A stretch of DNA of 64,000 bases from Longimicrobiales bacterium (lineage in GTDB: Bacteria > Gemmatimonadota > Gemmatimonadetes > Longimicrobiales > Gaopeijiaceae), in the NCBI GenBank assembly GCA_963422615.1, contig OY730414.1, positions 186,001-250,000 on the forward strand. The letters run 5' to 3'. The position numbers and the translations under genes are program-made. The notes beneath the pieces were generated by a model that saw only the letters and a list, made by a program, of their open reading frames with translations, had not been told where the DNA came from and made no database searches. Below, piece by piece: positions 49,989 through 59,590 of this stretch; position 1 is the first letter of the stretch, and each line of letters begins with the position of its first letter.

Positions 49989-51758
49989 GTGGCAGGTATG
50001 ATAGCAAGTTTTGTTCTATCTGAAGGATTCGTATGGGTATGGTGTGGCGGTGTCATTGCCTTGCCTTTTTTGCTTTCGACAATATGGTTCTATGCCAAAT
50101 CGCAACAACTATACGTAGAGATTCACGGTTTGAACAACCGCCTGAAAAGCATCGAGGGGCAAGATGGATTTGTTGCGGCATTCGAAGAATACAATGACAA
50201 GGCCAGAACGGAATTGGGCTTGGCATGGACGGAATTCGTGGAGACCCTGATTCGGCCCAAGCCTGGCTCCGGCAACCCGATTCGCAACACCAGCGAAGTG
50301 TCACGCTACCTCAACGATGCAACAATCATCTTCCCTCAGATCAACTTTCGCTTCTTCCAGTCGGTGCCGAATCTTCTGACCGGATTGGGCATCCTGGGTA
50401 CCTTTATCGGCTTGGCCGTCGGAATCGGGGCTGCGACCTCCGGTATCACATCTGGAACCCCGGATCAGATTACAACGTCCCTGACAAGTTTGCTGAGCGG
50501 GGCCTCACTGGCATTCTGGACTTCAATTATCGGCATCAGTGCTTCCATTATTTTTCGCTCTGTCCTGCAACGCATATCAAGAAAAGTTCATCTCGAAATG
50601 AGCCAATGGGTCGGCGAAATCGAATCCCGGATGGAACGCGTCACTGTGGAAGAAGCCGCCCTTCAACAAGTAGAACACGCTCGAGATGCATCTAAGCAAC
50701 TCAAGAACTTCAACACAGAGCTCAAATTCGCCCTTGAAGAAGCGCTTGAAGAAAAGGTAGCAAAACGCCTTTCGCCCCAGCTCGAAAGCCTGCTGGAAGC
50801 AGTCAACGAACTCCGCACCGACCGGTCGACCGACGCCGGCCAAGTGATCAAGCAGACCCTTGACCAGTTCACCAGAACCATGCAGGAATATACCGGATCA
50901 CAGTTTGATGAGATGGCCGGTATCGTCGAGAATCTGAATCACGCCCTGAAGACGTCGGTCGCCGAAATGGGTAGGTCTCAGAAAGATGTCCGCGAGGCAC
51001 TCGAGGCAGTCTTGGGGTCGGTTCGAACGTCGATGGACGAGGGAACGACCGCGATGACTCAGGCGTTACACCAGTCCCTGGATCAGACAATGAGAAAGCT
51101 TGCGGAGGCTTCCCAGGACATGGCCGACAGAATGACTGCTTCCAGTACCGAAACGGCAAATGACATGCGCCGCACCCTAGGCACCGCTATTGAGGACATT
51201 TCTCGGAGCGGTATCGAGGCCGCAGCGCAAGTAACCGGGTCGTCGCACGGACTGCAGACTGCCGCCGAGCGTCTGGAAAACTCTATCGAACTAAGCGAAA
51301 GACAACTGACAAGCATGAGGGACTTTACCGATCAGATCAACAATATGCGTAACACGATCGAATCGACATTCCTTCAAATGGCCGAAGTTTCGGAGGCCAT
51401 TGGGATCTCATCGAAAAACATTAGCGATGCAAACCGCAGAGTCACCGATTCGCTGGACAGTACAAGCAATATCGTCGGCGAGCTGGATGCCATGATCAGG
51501 AAAATAGAAGGAAGCCAGCAGGTCGTCACCAGTGCATGGCGCGAATATCAGGACCGCTTCGAAGGCATTGATGATTCTCTCGCAGATGTGTTCAAGCAGA
51601 TCGACGAAGGCCTGGCCGGGTATTGCGAAAAGGTTTCTGAATTCGCGCAGACGCTCGACGGCGTAACGGCGAACACCATCCAACAGCTCGCAGGTGCCAA
51701 CTCCGAACTGATGGAGTCAATCGAAGAACTGAACGAAAATCTTCGGAGGATGAGGTGA
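49989..51758 (+). CDS. zorA: Zorya ZorA (MotA-like TM domain + long helical tail)
   Basis: Three TM segments with VPNLLTGLGILGTFIGL and GASLAFWTSIIG; about 390-aa heptad-rich tail; ggaggag RBS; operon context. Confidence 0.85.
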   Translation: MAGMIASFVLSEGFVWVWCGGVIALPFLLSTIWFYAKSQQLYVEIHGLNNRLKSIEGQDGFVAAFEEYNDKARTELGLAWTEFVETLIRPKPGSGNPIRNTSEVSRYLNDATIIFPQINFRFFQSVPNLLTGLGILGTFIGLAVGIGAATSGITSGTPDQITTSLTSLLSGASLAFWTSIIGISASIIFRSVLQRISRKVHLEMSQWVGEIESRMERVTVEEAALQQVEHARDASKQLKNFNTELKFALEEALEEKVAKRLSPQLESLLEAVNELRTDRSTDAGQVIKQTLDQFTRTMQEYTGSQFDEMAGIVENLNHALKTSVAEMGRSQKDVREALEAVLGSVRTSMDEGTTAMTQALHQSLDQTMRKLAEASQDMADRMTASSTETANDMRRTLGTAIEDISRSGIEAAAQVTGSSHGLQTAAERLENSIELSERQLTSMRDFTDQINNMRNTIESTFLQMAEVSEAIGISSKNISDANRRVTDSLDSTSNIVGELDAMIRKIEGSQQVVTSAWREYQDRFEGIDDSLADVFKQIDEGLAGYCEKVSEFAQTLDGVTANTIQQLAGANSELMESIEELNENLRRMR

Positions 51759-52618
51759 CCCGCCAGGGTTTGAGGCCCACGGCGGACGGATCTCCAGGCG
51801 AGCAGGACTACCTCGCCACCGCCAGCGACCTCGTATCGGCCCTCATTTTCGTCTTCATCATCATGCTGGCCGTATTCGCGTACCAACTCGCGCAAACCAC
51901 CGAGGGTCTCAACGCCGCCGACGAGACGCGCCAGCAGATTTTGAACGATATCGCCAGCCAGCTCGAAGAGTCCGGAATGCGGGTCGAAGTGCTGGCCGAG
52001 CAAGGAGTGCTGAGGCTGTCCGAGAACGCCATCAACTTTCCGTCGGGGCGTGAGACCCCGAACCCCGATCATCGCATCAATGTCGGCCGACTTGCACGGG
52101 CTATTGGGCACGTGGTGCCTTGCTACGTTTCTTCCACGGGAGGAGCTTCCTTGGTTCGCGACGCCGGCACCAGCGGACCGGAGGCAGCCGACGGAAGTGA
52201 CGGTCCCGCATATTGTGCTCAGTCCGGCGATCCGTCAACGTACGACTGCAACAAGCGGGAACATCCCTGGCTCCTTGAAACCCTCCTCATCGAAGGCCAC
52301 ACCGACGACGTGCCCGTTGCAGTCGGGAATCGCTTCAGGGACAATCTCGAACTGTCGTCGATGCGGGCGGCAACGGTACATCGGATGATTGCCGCGTGTG
52401 AGCCGGCGGTAACCGGTCTGCAAAATACGGAAAAATACCCTGTCCTGAGTACGAGTGGCTACGGCTACAACCGCCCTGCAACCCTCGACCCGGAACGCGC
52501 CGACTCCAACCGGCGCATCGACCTCCGATTCCTCATGGAGCCACCAGAAGGCATATTGGAGGGCGAGCCAGCCGTGCAGACGGATGTCCGTGAGCAGATT
52601 GGCAACGGACGGCCATGA
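51755..52618 (+). CDS. zorB: Zorya ZorB (MotB/OmpA-like peptidoglycan-binding)
   Basis: SDLVSALIFVFIIML TM with conserved Asp; FPSG, IEGHTD, NLELSSMRA, NRRIDL; GTGA overlap with zorA. Confidence 0.87.
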   Translation: MTRQGLRPTADGSPGEQDYLATASDLVSALIFVFIIMLAVFAYQLAQTTEGLNAADETRQQILNDIASQLEESGMRVEVLAEQGVLRLSENAINFPSGRETPNPDHRINVGRLARAIGHVVPCYVSSTGGASLVRDAGTSGPEAADGSDGPAYCAQSGDPSTYDCNKREHPWLLETLLIEGHTDDVPVAVGNRFRDNLELSSMRAATVHRMIAACEPAVTGLQNTEKYPVLSTSGYGYNRPATLDPERADSNRRIDLRFLMEPPEGILEGEPAVQTDVREQIGNGRP

Positions 52619-54138
52619 GCCGCTCAACCCTAAAAAAGTCCTTGCTGGGCTGGACAGGCTTTCCGGAGATTAAAACCGACTTCCAGCCGCAGCGCACACG
52701 GAAAGCAGCGGCAGAGGCAAAAAAGGTACTCGAAGGATCTCAGCCTAGAAAGCCCAAATCTTACGACCTAGTAGTGCTGCATCGACGCATCACGCAGGTG
52801 TGGCGTAGAGATCATTCTCTTGCAAAAGTAACACACCGAGACCTGCGACGTATGCCGTGGGTGCTGTTCTATTCGCCACCAACGCGCACTGGCGAGGAAT
52901 CTTGGCTGGGCGCAGACCCACATGTCATTGCGCAGTACGGTCAATGGCTTTCCGAAGGGAGAAAATCACGGTCCGTGCGGAGTTTGTTACACGAATTCCT
53001 GCGTGTATACCCCACCCAACTTAGGACTTTTCAAGAAATACGCCAATTGCTGCTGCGATTGGTCACCCAGGCCCAACCTCCGATGCCACCATCAATGCAG
53101 AAATGGCAGGAACGCTGTTGCGATTTTGACCTTCTGGAGGATAATGGATGCACGGTATTCTTGAAGAACATGATCTCTACCAACACCTCCGAAATTCCAG
53201 ATGTTCATGCCATTCTCGACCGGGCCGGGCTTAGTGGCAGCCTCGCTCGCTGCGACTTTCTTAGAACTGGTATCCTTACATACCTGCCTAAATTCAGGAT
53301 GCCCCCGGAGAGAAATCGCCTTGCCACCGTACGCCTCAACTGGCTGCTCGCACTCCTCGAAATGGATGGCAAACTGCGCTTCGACGGTCATTCCGTTCGC
53401 TCGAAGATCGCAAGTGCACTGCTTGGTCCCTTTGTGACCCATCCAGCCGAGACCGAGATCAGGCGTCCTGTGGAGCGGTTTTTTCGATTGCACTTCGGTG
53501 ATCCTCGCCTTCCATACGGAAAATCCAACTGGGGAGGAATTCCAGAGGAAATTCGACGGGTCGTGATCAGATGGCGCGTGGAGCGGGTGCTTGACCAGTT
53601 CCTCACCCTGATTGAGGAAACTGCCCTTGATAAGCATTGGCGTTACCGAAGGGCCTTCTGGCAAGCATTTCGTAAGCAAAATCTCATTGACGACATTTGG
53701 GTCGTTCTCGGTCGGCGTCCACGCAATATGTGGAAGAAGATGGAATACATGAATGGAGAGATCGACAGAGACGGTCAAATCGAAGAAGCTGCAATTCTCG
53801 AAGGTGCTCAGAACGATCAATCAGTTTTGCTTCTACGCGTGCCCGGTGTAACCATTGCTGAATGGAGCCACAACGGCTCTTGTCGATTCTGGCTCGATGG
53901 TGCTCCTGGAGCGCCTCAACTGTACAAGAACAGTTATCATCGCAATGCTCTAATGGGAGGAGCTGATTTTTCGCAAAGACACGATGGAAGCATCCGAGGC
54001 AGATGGCAGGATTACATCGCGAAGTGGCTAGACCGAAATACCGGGATTCAGGTCGATCGCAGAGATTACTTTCCTTCCAATTTACGGGAAGAAACGCATC
54101 CGCTAGGGCGTTACCGCTTCCGTGACCATCAATGGTAA
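52615..54138 (+). CDS. zorC: Zorya ZorC (EH-signature domain)
   Basis: FGDPRL..NW, HWRYRRAFW and IAEWSHNGSCRFW (E..H signature); ATGA overlap with zorB. Confidence 0.82.
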   Translation: MSRSTLKKSLLGWTGFPEIKTDFQPQRTRKAAAEAKKVLEGSQPRKPKSYDLVVLHRRITQVWRRDHSLAKVTHRDLRRMPWVLFYSPPTRTGEESWLGADPHVIAQYGQWLSEGRKSRSVRSLLHEFLRVYPTQLRTFQEIRQLLLRLVTQAQPPMPPSMQKWQERCCDFDLLEDNGCTVFLKNMISTNTSEIPDVHAILDRAGLSGSLARCDFLRTGILTYLPKFRMPPERNRLATVRLNWLLALLEMDGKLRFDGHSVRSKIASALLGPFVTHPAETEIRRPVERFFRLHFGDPRLPYGKSNWGGIPEEIRRVVIRWRVERVLDQFLTLIEETALDKHWRYRRAFWQAFRKQNLIDDIWVVLGRRPRNMWKKMEYMNGEIDRDGQIEEAAILEGAQNDQSVLLLRVPGVTIAEWSHNGSCRFWLDGAPGAPQLYKNSYHRNALMGGADFSQRHDGSIRGRWQDYIAKWLDRNTGIQVDRRDYFPSNLREETHPLGRYRFRDHQW

Positions 54139-54219
54139 TGGACACTGGGGTTCTCGAATCTCAGGTGTGCCTAGCTGTTGCAGAAAGCATTATGACCTCC
54201 ATCTCGACGGAATGACGGA

Positions 54220-57200
54220 ATGAACATGACCTCACCAGGAAGCCTTCACTTCAAACCTGAACCCGATGGCCTGGTCGTCCAGATGGGCAGCGATCCGCAA
54301 ATCCCAGTGGGCGCATGGACGAGCCACACCGAAGAATCACTCGGAGTGGGCGCGCTGATTCGAATGCGCGATGAAGGAGGAGCCATCGAACAGGACGAGG
54401 GCACCTCGCTGATGGTTCACTGGAAGAGCGTTGCCGGACTTACACCCGACGAGCTTCGGTACATCGGTCTTCCCGACGCTGCCCCTTTCGCACTTGAAGT
54501 GGTCGCGAACGGTGCCATTCCCGACCGCGACTTCGAGATTCACTACGGATTCATTGCAAAGGGCAGGCGCGTTGTGGGCGTGGAGCGCCTTGGCGCGTGG
54601 CTGGGAGTCAGCCCTGACAACTTCGTACTGCTCGACCCGATCTACACCATTACCGAATCCATCGATCGATTCAAGACGGAAAGGGATCTCGAATCCCGCA
54701 TGCTTCGATGGGGACGAATCGCCGAGATGTTGCCGGATAGCGCCATGGTTGACGACCACCTGCAGTCCCTAAACATCGTCGTGGCTTCGTGCTTCGAGCT
54801 CCATCCCTTCGTCAATCAGGACGGGGAGCCGGACTTCGACCCGGTCATCGGTCGCCGCGAAACGCGCGTTTCCGGGACGGAAGAGGAGAAACAAATATTT
54901 TCTCCTTCCTTACCGGATGCCCGGCAACAGGATTTTGCACGGTATTTTCGCAGACTACGGCGCGTGAAACATCGATACGGAGTCGGGGCTGGGTTCTATG
55001 TCGTGCTGACACCGACGGTTGAACGTGCTCTCAGGGCGGTTCGGAAAGCGCAATCCGGAACGGCAGCGGAACGTCGGGATTTTCTCAGGAACGTCTCGGG
55101 GTATTTGTCTGGGGCCCTGGGCGAAACCGATATCAACCCAACGGACATCGACAGCATCTTTAGCGATGAGGGTCTCAGCGAGCGAGTTCGTGGGATCGGC
55201 GTGTGGACTGAGAGGGTCCTTCCCTGGATCAGCCTGGCACCCCAACCATGGCTCCCCCCTGAAGAACTTGGCCTGCGAGTTGGATCTGAAGTCATAATGA
55301 TTGAGGCCGACGACTTGCCTCGCTTGCTGGGTGAAGTACAGGAGGCGATTGAAAAAAACGAACCAAGCGTTTGCATCGACGACGTCATCATTCCGGCAGA
55401 TTCGTCGACAGTCAGCGCGATTGAAGAGCTGATTCGCAACTCGCAACCTGTCCAGCCACCGGATGTTCCTACGGAAAGGCGTGGTGAGCCCGAAGAGGAT
55501 GATGTCGTCCTGCTCATTTACGATAACCTGAAAGATGTCAATTTCCGGCGAAAAAGAAGATCGTGCGTACCAAACATCTCCAGCGTGACGCCTGCCCTTC
55601 GGACCCAACTTCTACCTCATCAGCAGGTGGGGTTGGAATGGCTTCAACGACACTGGGAAGCCGGCAGCTGGGGTGCTCTACTCGCCGATGACATGGGACT
55701 TGGCAAAACGCTGGAGGCCTTGGCGTTTCTTTCCAGCCTGACGATGCACGCCACAGACAAGAAATTGCAAAAACGACCGATGCTCATTGTTTCTCCAACT
55801 GGTCTACTGCAGAACTGGCTGGATGAACACAAAAAGCATCTTTCCGAGCCTGGACTGGGTCGAGCCATCGAAGCGCATGGCACCGGCTTGCGGAAGATCA
55901 GGACGAATCCTAAAGAATCCGGCAACGAGCTAGGCTCGGATATAGCTTTGCCAAAGCTGAAAGTCGGTGTCTTGGAAGAAGCCGCGTGGGTCTTGACCAC
56001 CTATGAGACCCTGCGGAATTATCAGCATAGCTTTGGCCGGGTCCGCTGGCGAGTCGCCGTCTTCGACGAATCCCAGAAGATAAAGAACCCGGGTGCCCGG
56101 ATCACCGAAGCGGCACTTGCCATGAACATTGACTTCGCTCTAATGATGACGGGCACCCCAGTGGAGAATCGCACGGCCGACATCTGGTCGATGCTCGATC
56201 GAGTCGAACCTGGAGTATTTGGCACGTTAAAGGACTTCAGTGAAAAGTACGAAAAGACTGTTGCAAATGACCAATCGCCACTTCGGGACCTTCATCATAA
56301 ACTCATCAACGATCAACGCCATGGCGAAGGAGTCGCGATTTATCCTGCCCTAATGCTCCGACGTTTGAAAGAAGACCATCTTTCCGGTTTACCGGATAAG
56401 CGAGTGCATCGACGCATCGTGGATATGCCACCCCTTCAGGCCGAACGTTACGAGCGAGCCGTGTTGCGTGGCCGGCACAATCGGAACATGCTCGATACGC
56501 TTCACCACCTTAGAAGCATATCGCTACATCCGACCGCACCGACTGGCATGGATGCTGATCGGTATATCCGTGAGTCCGCTCGGCTTTCTGAAACGTTTGG
56601 GATTCTGGATTCTGTCGCAGCTCGTGACGAGAAGGCGCTGGTCTTCGTCGAGTCGCGTGAGATGCAAGATTTTTTAATCGGTGTGCTCAGGCGGCGTTTC
56701 CGGCTTACCGACGACGTGCTCGTCATCAACGGTGCGGTCGCCGGAAAGCTGCGCAAAGCTCGCGTTGACAAGTTTCAGGAACGTGCCGGATTCGACGTCA
56801 TGATTCTGTCCCCCCGGGCTGGCGGCGTAGGACTGACGCTTACCGCTGCGAATCACGTGATTCATCTCTCCCGGTGGTGGAATCCAGCCGTTGAGGATCA
56901 GTGCACCGACAGAGTATTCCGGATCGGGCAAACGAACACCGTGCATGTGTACTTGCCTCTAGCCCGGCACCCACACTTCGGTGAACATAGCTTCGACCTG
57001 AAGCTTAATGGCTTGATGGAGCGGAAGCGGGAGATGAGCCGCCGGGTACTCGCCCCGACGGTTGCAACTGACGAGGATGTGGGGGGACTGTTCCGCAGCA
57101 CCACGATGGAGACACGCGACGTTGCGAGATCCTCCGACGGAATGGGAAATGGCGTAAACATCGACCTGCTCGAGCCAACCAAGTTCGAGGAGTGGGTTCT

Positions 57201-57549
57201 CCGGAAGCTTGGGCTGGCTGGCTACGAGACTCATCGCACACCCCACAGCGGTGATCGAGGCGCAGACGGATTGGCTATATGGAAACACGGCCCAGAGCCG
57301 CACACAATTGTCGTGCAGTGCAAACACACACAATCCAATACATGGCGCTGCGCCCGCACGGCGGTCGAGGAAGTCCTCCGTTCGATTCAGAACTATAGTG
57401 TCGTCGGCACTCCGAAACCGATGGTTGTGACGAACGCCAGAGGCTTTACGGAAGATGCACAGGATCTAGCGCGACAAAAAGGTGTGCGATTGGTCCATCG
57501 CCATGGTTTGAAACTGCTTTCAAAGTGCCGTAGTCACCAGAACGAATAA
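54220..57549 (+). CDS. zorD: Zorya ZorD (SNF2-family ATPase + C-terminal Mrr-like nuclease)
   Basis: LLADDMGLGKT, FDESQKIKN, TGTPVEN, AGGVGLTL, WWNPAVEDQCTDRVFRIGQ; C-terminal FEE...GDRGADG...VQCKH. Confidence 0.87.
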   Translation: MNMTSPGSLHFKPEPDGLVVQMGSDPQIPVGAWTSHTEESLGVGALIRMRDEGGAIEQDEGTSLMVHWKSVAGLTPDELRYIGLPDAAPFALEVVANGAIPDRDFEIHYGFIAKGRRVVGVERLGAWLGVSPDNFVLLDPIYTITESIDRFKTERDLESRMLRWGRIAEMLPDSAMVDDHLQSLNIVVASCFELHPFVNQDGEPDFDPVIGRRETRVSGTEEEKQIFSPSLPDARQQDFARYFRRLRRVKHRYGVGAGFYVVLTPTVERALRAVRKAQSGTAAERRDFLRNVSGYLSGALGETDINPTDIDSIFSDEGLSERVRGIGVWTERVLPWISLAPQPWLPPEELGLRVGSEVIMIEADDLPRLLGEVQEAIEKNEPSVCIDDVIIPADSSTVSAIEELIRNSQPVQPPDVPTERRGEPEEDDVVLLIYDNLKDVNFRRKRRSCVPNISSVTPALRTQLLPHQQVGLEWLQRHWEAGSWGALLADDMGLGKTLEALAFLSSLTMHATDKKLQKRPMLIVSPTGLLQNWLDEHKKHLSEPGLGRAIEAHGTGLRKIRTNPKESGNELGSDIALPKLKVGVLEEAAWVLTTYETLRNYQHSFGRVRWRVAVFDESQKIKNPGARITEAALAMNIDFALMMTGTPVENRTADIWSMLDRVEPGVFGTLKDFSEKYEKTVANDQSPLRDLHHKLINDQRHGEGVAIYPALMLRRLKEDHLSGLPDKRVHRRIVDMPPLQAERYERAVLRGRHNRNMLDTLHHLRSISLHPTAPTGMDADRYIRESARLSETFGILDSVAARDEKALVFVESREMQDFLIGVLRRRFRLTDDVLVINGAVAGKLRKARVDKFQERAGFDVMILSPRAGGVGLTLTAANHVIHLSRWWNPAVEDQCTDRVFRIGQTNTVHVYLPLARHPHFGEHSFDLKLNGLMERKREMSRRVLAPTVATDEDVGGLFRSTTMETRDVARSSDGMGNGVNIDLLEPTKFEEWVLRKLGLAGYETHRTPHSGDRGADGLAIWKHGPEPHTIVVQCKHTQSNTWRCARTAVEEVLRSIQNYSVVGTPKPMVVTNARGFTEDAQDLARQKGVRLVHRHGLKLLSKCRSHQNE

Positions 57550-57560
57550 GGGACACCCCG

Positions 57561-57998
57561 TTGCCCGAGACCGACGACCCAGGGGTTCCCGAGGCCCTTC
57601 CCCGCGCCCTCAAAACAGTGGTTGAACGGTTGAGCTCCCGCGCCATCGACCGGCTCTGGATCTTCCCGCCCCTGATCAGCGGCCGCAAGGAATGGGGGTT
57701 GGTGGCGGCCAGCTGTTTCCACCACGACGGGGGCCGAAAGCTGATCACGGCTCGATATTCGGCTGAACGCACGGGAAAGGGCCTGTACTTCGATTTCCGG
57801 CTCCTGGACGAAGGGGTGGCCCCGGCCGACCGGCTTCCCCGGGTGATGGAGGGCGTCGCCAAACGCGGACCGCAGCCGTTGGGTAGTCCCCGCCTAGTGG
57901 AAGTCGGTGGGGGAGCCGAGGCATTCGAGTCCCTGATGGAGGGCTTCGCTCGGGAGCTCTTCGCGGAAGCGGTGGTCGGTCCGCGGGCGGGCGAATGA
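57561..57998 (+). CDS. Hypothetical protein
   Basis: Host-like GC; plausible globular sequence (IDRLWIFPPL...EWGLV); operonic position. Confidence 0.6.
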   Translation: MPETDDPGVPEALPRALKTVVERLSSRAIDRLWIFPPLISGRKEWGLVAASCFHHDGGRKLITARYSAERTGKGLYFDFRLLDEGVAPADRLPRVMEGVAKRGPQPLGSPRLVEVGGGAEAFESLMEGFARELFAEAVVGPRAGE

Positions 57999-58170
57999 AC
58001 GAGCGGTTGAACCGAGAGGGCGGGCACCGGTACCGGCTCGGCCTGACCCGATGCGGTGCGGTCCCCAGTGCCGGGCGGCCCTGCCGGTTGCGCCGGAGAG
58101 AGGGACCGGCGAGCGTTTCTGCCCTGGTTGCAACGTCGGCACCTCTTTCCCCGAGCGCTTGGCGAAAGAC

Positions 58171-58899
58171 ATGAGCGAGTCCATCGGAATCATGGTCATC
58201 TTCACCGCGGGGGTGTTGTCTTTCCTTTCCCCGTGTGTTCTCCCCCTGGTGCCCAGCTACCTTTCCTTCGTGACAGGAATGTCCCTGGAGGACCTGCAAG
58301 AGGGGTTCGACCGCCGCCGGGTTCTCGTGCATTCGGGGCTTTTCGTGGCCGGCTTCACCCTCGTCTTCGTCCTCCTGGGTGCTTCCGCATCGTTCCTGGG
58401 AAGCTTCCTTCTCTACAACAGCGACTGGATCGCCCGAATTGGCGGGATCGTCATCATCGCCTTCGGGCTCCATCTCATGGGGGTGTTTCAGCTTGCCCCT
58501 CTGCTGCGGGAGAAGCGGGTGCACCTGTCCGGCAAACCCGTAGGATACATCGGAACCGTCGGGGTGGGCATCGCCTTCGGCGCCGGCTGGACCCCCTGCA
58601 TCGGTCCGGTACTGGGCGCCGTCCTGACGCTGGCCGCCTCAAGGGAACATATGGCCCAAGGAATGTCGCTTCTCTTCGTCTACTCCATGGGCCTCGCCAT
58701 CCCCTTCCTCCTGGCGTCCCTCGCCCTGGAGCGGTTCCTGAACGCCTTCTCGAAGTTTCGGCGCTTCCTCCCCGTCGTCCAGAAGGCGTCGGGCGTTCTG
58801 CTGGTCGTGCTGGGAATCCTTCTGCTGACGGGCTCCTTTAGCCTCCTCGCCGCTTACCTGAACCGGTTTACGCCCGAATTTCTCGTGGAACGCCTCTGA
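58171..58899 (+). CDS. ccdA: Cytochrome c biogenesis / thiol-disulfide transporter CcdA
   Basis: SFLSPCVLPLVPSY and GWTPCIGPVLG motifs; six TM helices. Confidence 0.9.
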   Translation: MSESIGIMVIFTAGVLSFLSPCVLPLVPSYLSFVTGMSLEDLQEGFDRRRVLVHSGLFVAGFTLVFVLLGASASFLGSFLLYNSDWIARIGGIVIIAFGLHLMGVFQLAPLLREKRVHLSGKPVGYIGTVGVGIAFGAGWTPCIGPVLGAVLTLAASREHMAQGMSLLFVYSMGLAIPFLLASLALERFLNAFSKFRRFLPVVQKASGVLLVVLGILLLTGSFSLLAAYLNRFTPEFLVERL

Positions 58900-58917
58900 C
58901 CCCGGAGAGACCCGCAA

Positions 58918-59499
58918 ATGGCCGTCATCACCTCCACCATGCTCCCCCTGGACTCCCCGGCCCCGAATTTCGTGCTCCCCGAGCCGTTCACCGGGAACCC
59001 CGTCTCTCTTGCCGACTTCGGGGAGACCCCCGGGCTTCTCGTCGTTTTCTTGTCGAACCATTGTCCGTTCGTGAAACACCTGGCCGACCACTTCGCCGGA
59101 TTCGCCGCCAAGTACCAGGAAAAGGGAGTCGCGGTCGTCGGCATCAACGCAAACGACGTGGCGAACTACCCCGAAGACAGTCCAGAGAAGATGAAGGAAG
59201 AGGTCCGCCGGCGGGGCTACACCTTCCCGTACCTGTTCGATGCGTCCCAGGAAGTCGCCAAGGCGTACAAGGCGGCGTGTACCCCCGATTTCTACTTCTT
59301 CGGCGGAGACCGTCGGCTCGTTTATCGGGGCCGATATGACGGGAGCCGGCCTTCCGGAGGCACCCCGGTCACGGGTTCCGATCTTGGCGCTGCCCTAGAC
59401 GCCGTGCTCGCCAGTACCGCGCCTTCGAGCGTCCAGCTTCCGAGCGCCGGCTGCAACATCAAATGGAAAGCGGGGAACGAACCCCCCTGGTTCGGCTGA
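58918..59499 (+). CDS. Thioredoxin-fold (AhpC/TSA-like) protein
   Basis: APNF.LP, SNHCPFV, YLFD, ACTPDF, GCNIKW. Confidence 0.88.
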   Translation: MAVITSTMLPLDSPAPNFVLPEPFTGNPVSLADFGETPGLLVVFLSNHCPFVKHLADHFAGFAAKYQEKGVAVVGINANDVANYPEDSPEKMKEEVRRRGYTFPYLFDASQEVAKAYKAACTPDFYFFGGDRRLVYRGRYDGSRPSGGTPVTGSDLGAALDAVLASTAPSSVQLPSAGCNIKWKAGNEPPWFG

Positions 59500-59590
59500 G
59501 CGACCGAGCCAAGACTCAAGGGCTGGAGCGCACCGGCCCGGGGACGGACCCCTAAGCAGCCGCCACCCGGTGCCTGGGACAGAATCGCCT

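Noticed and set aside
49989..52618. Flagellar MotAB or TolQR/ExbBD
   Set aside because: The long cytoplasmic tail and the coupled EH-signature and SNF2-nuclease genes indicate Zorya; no flagellar or Tol genes nearby.
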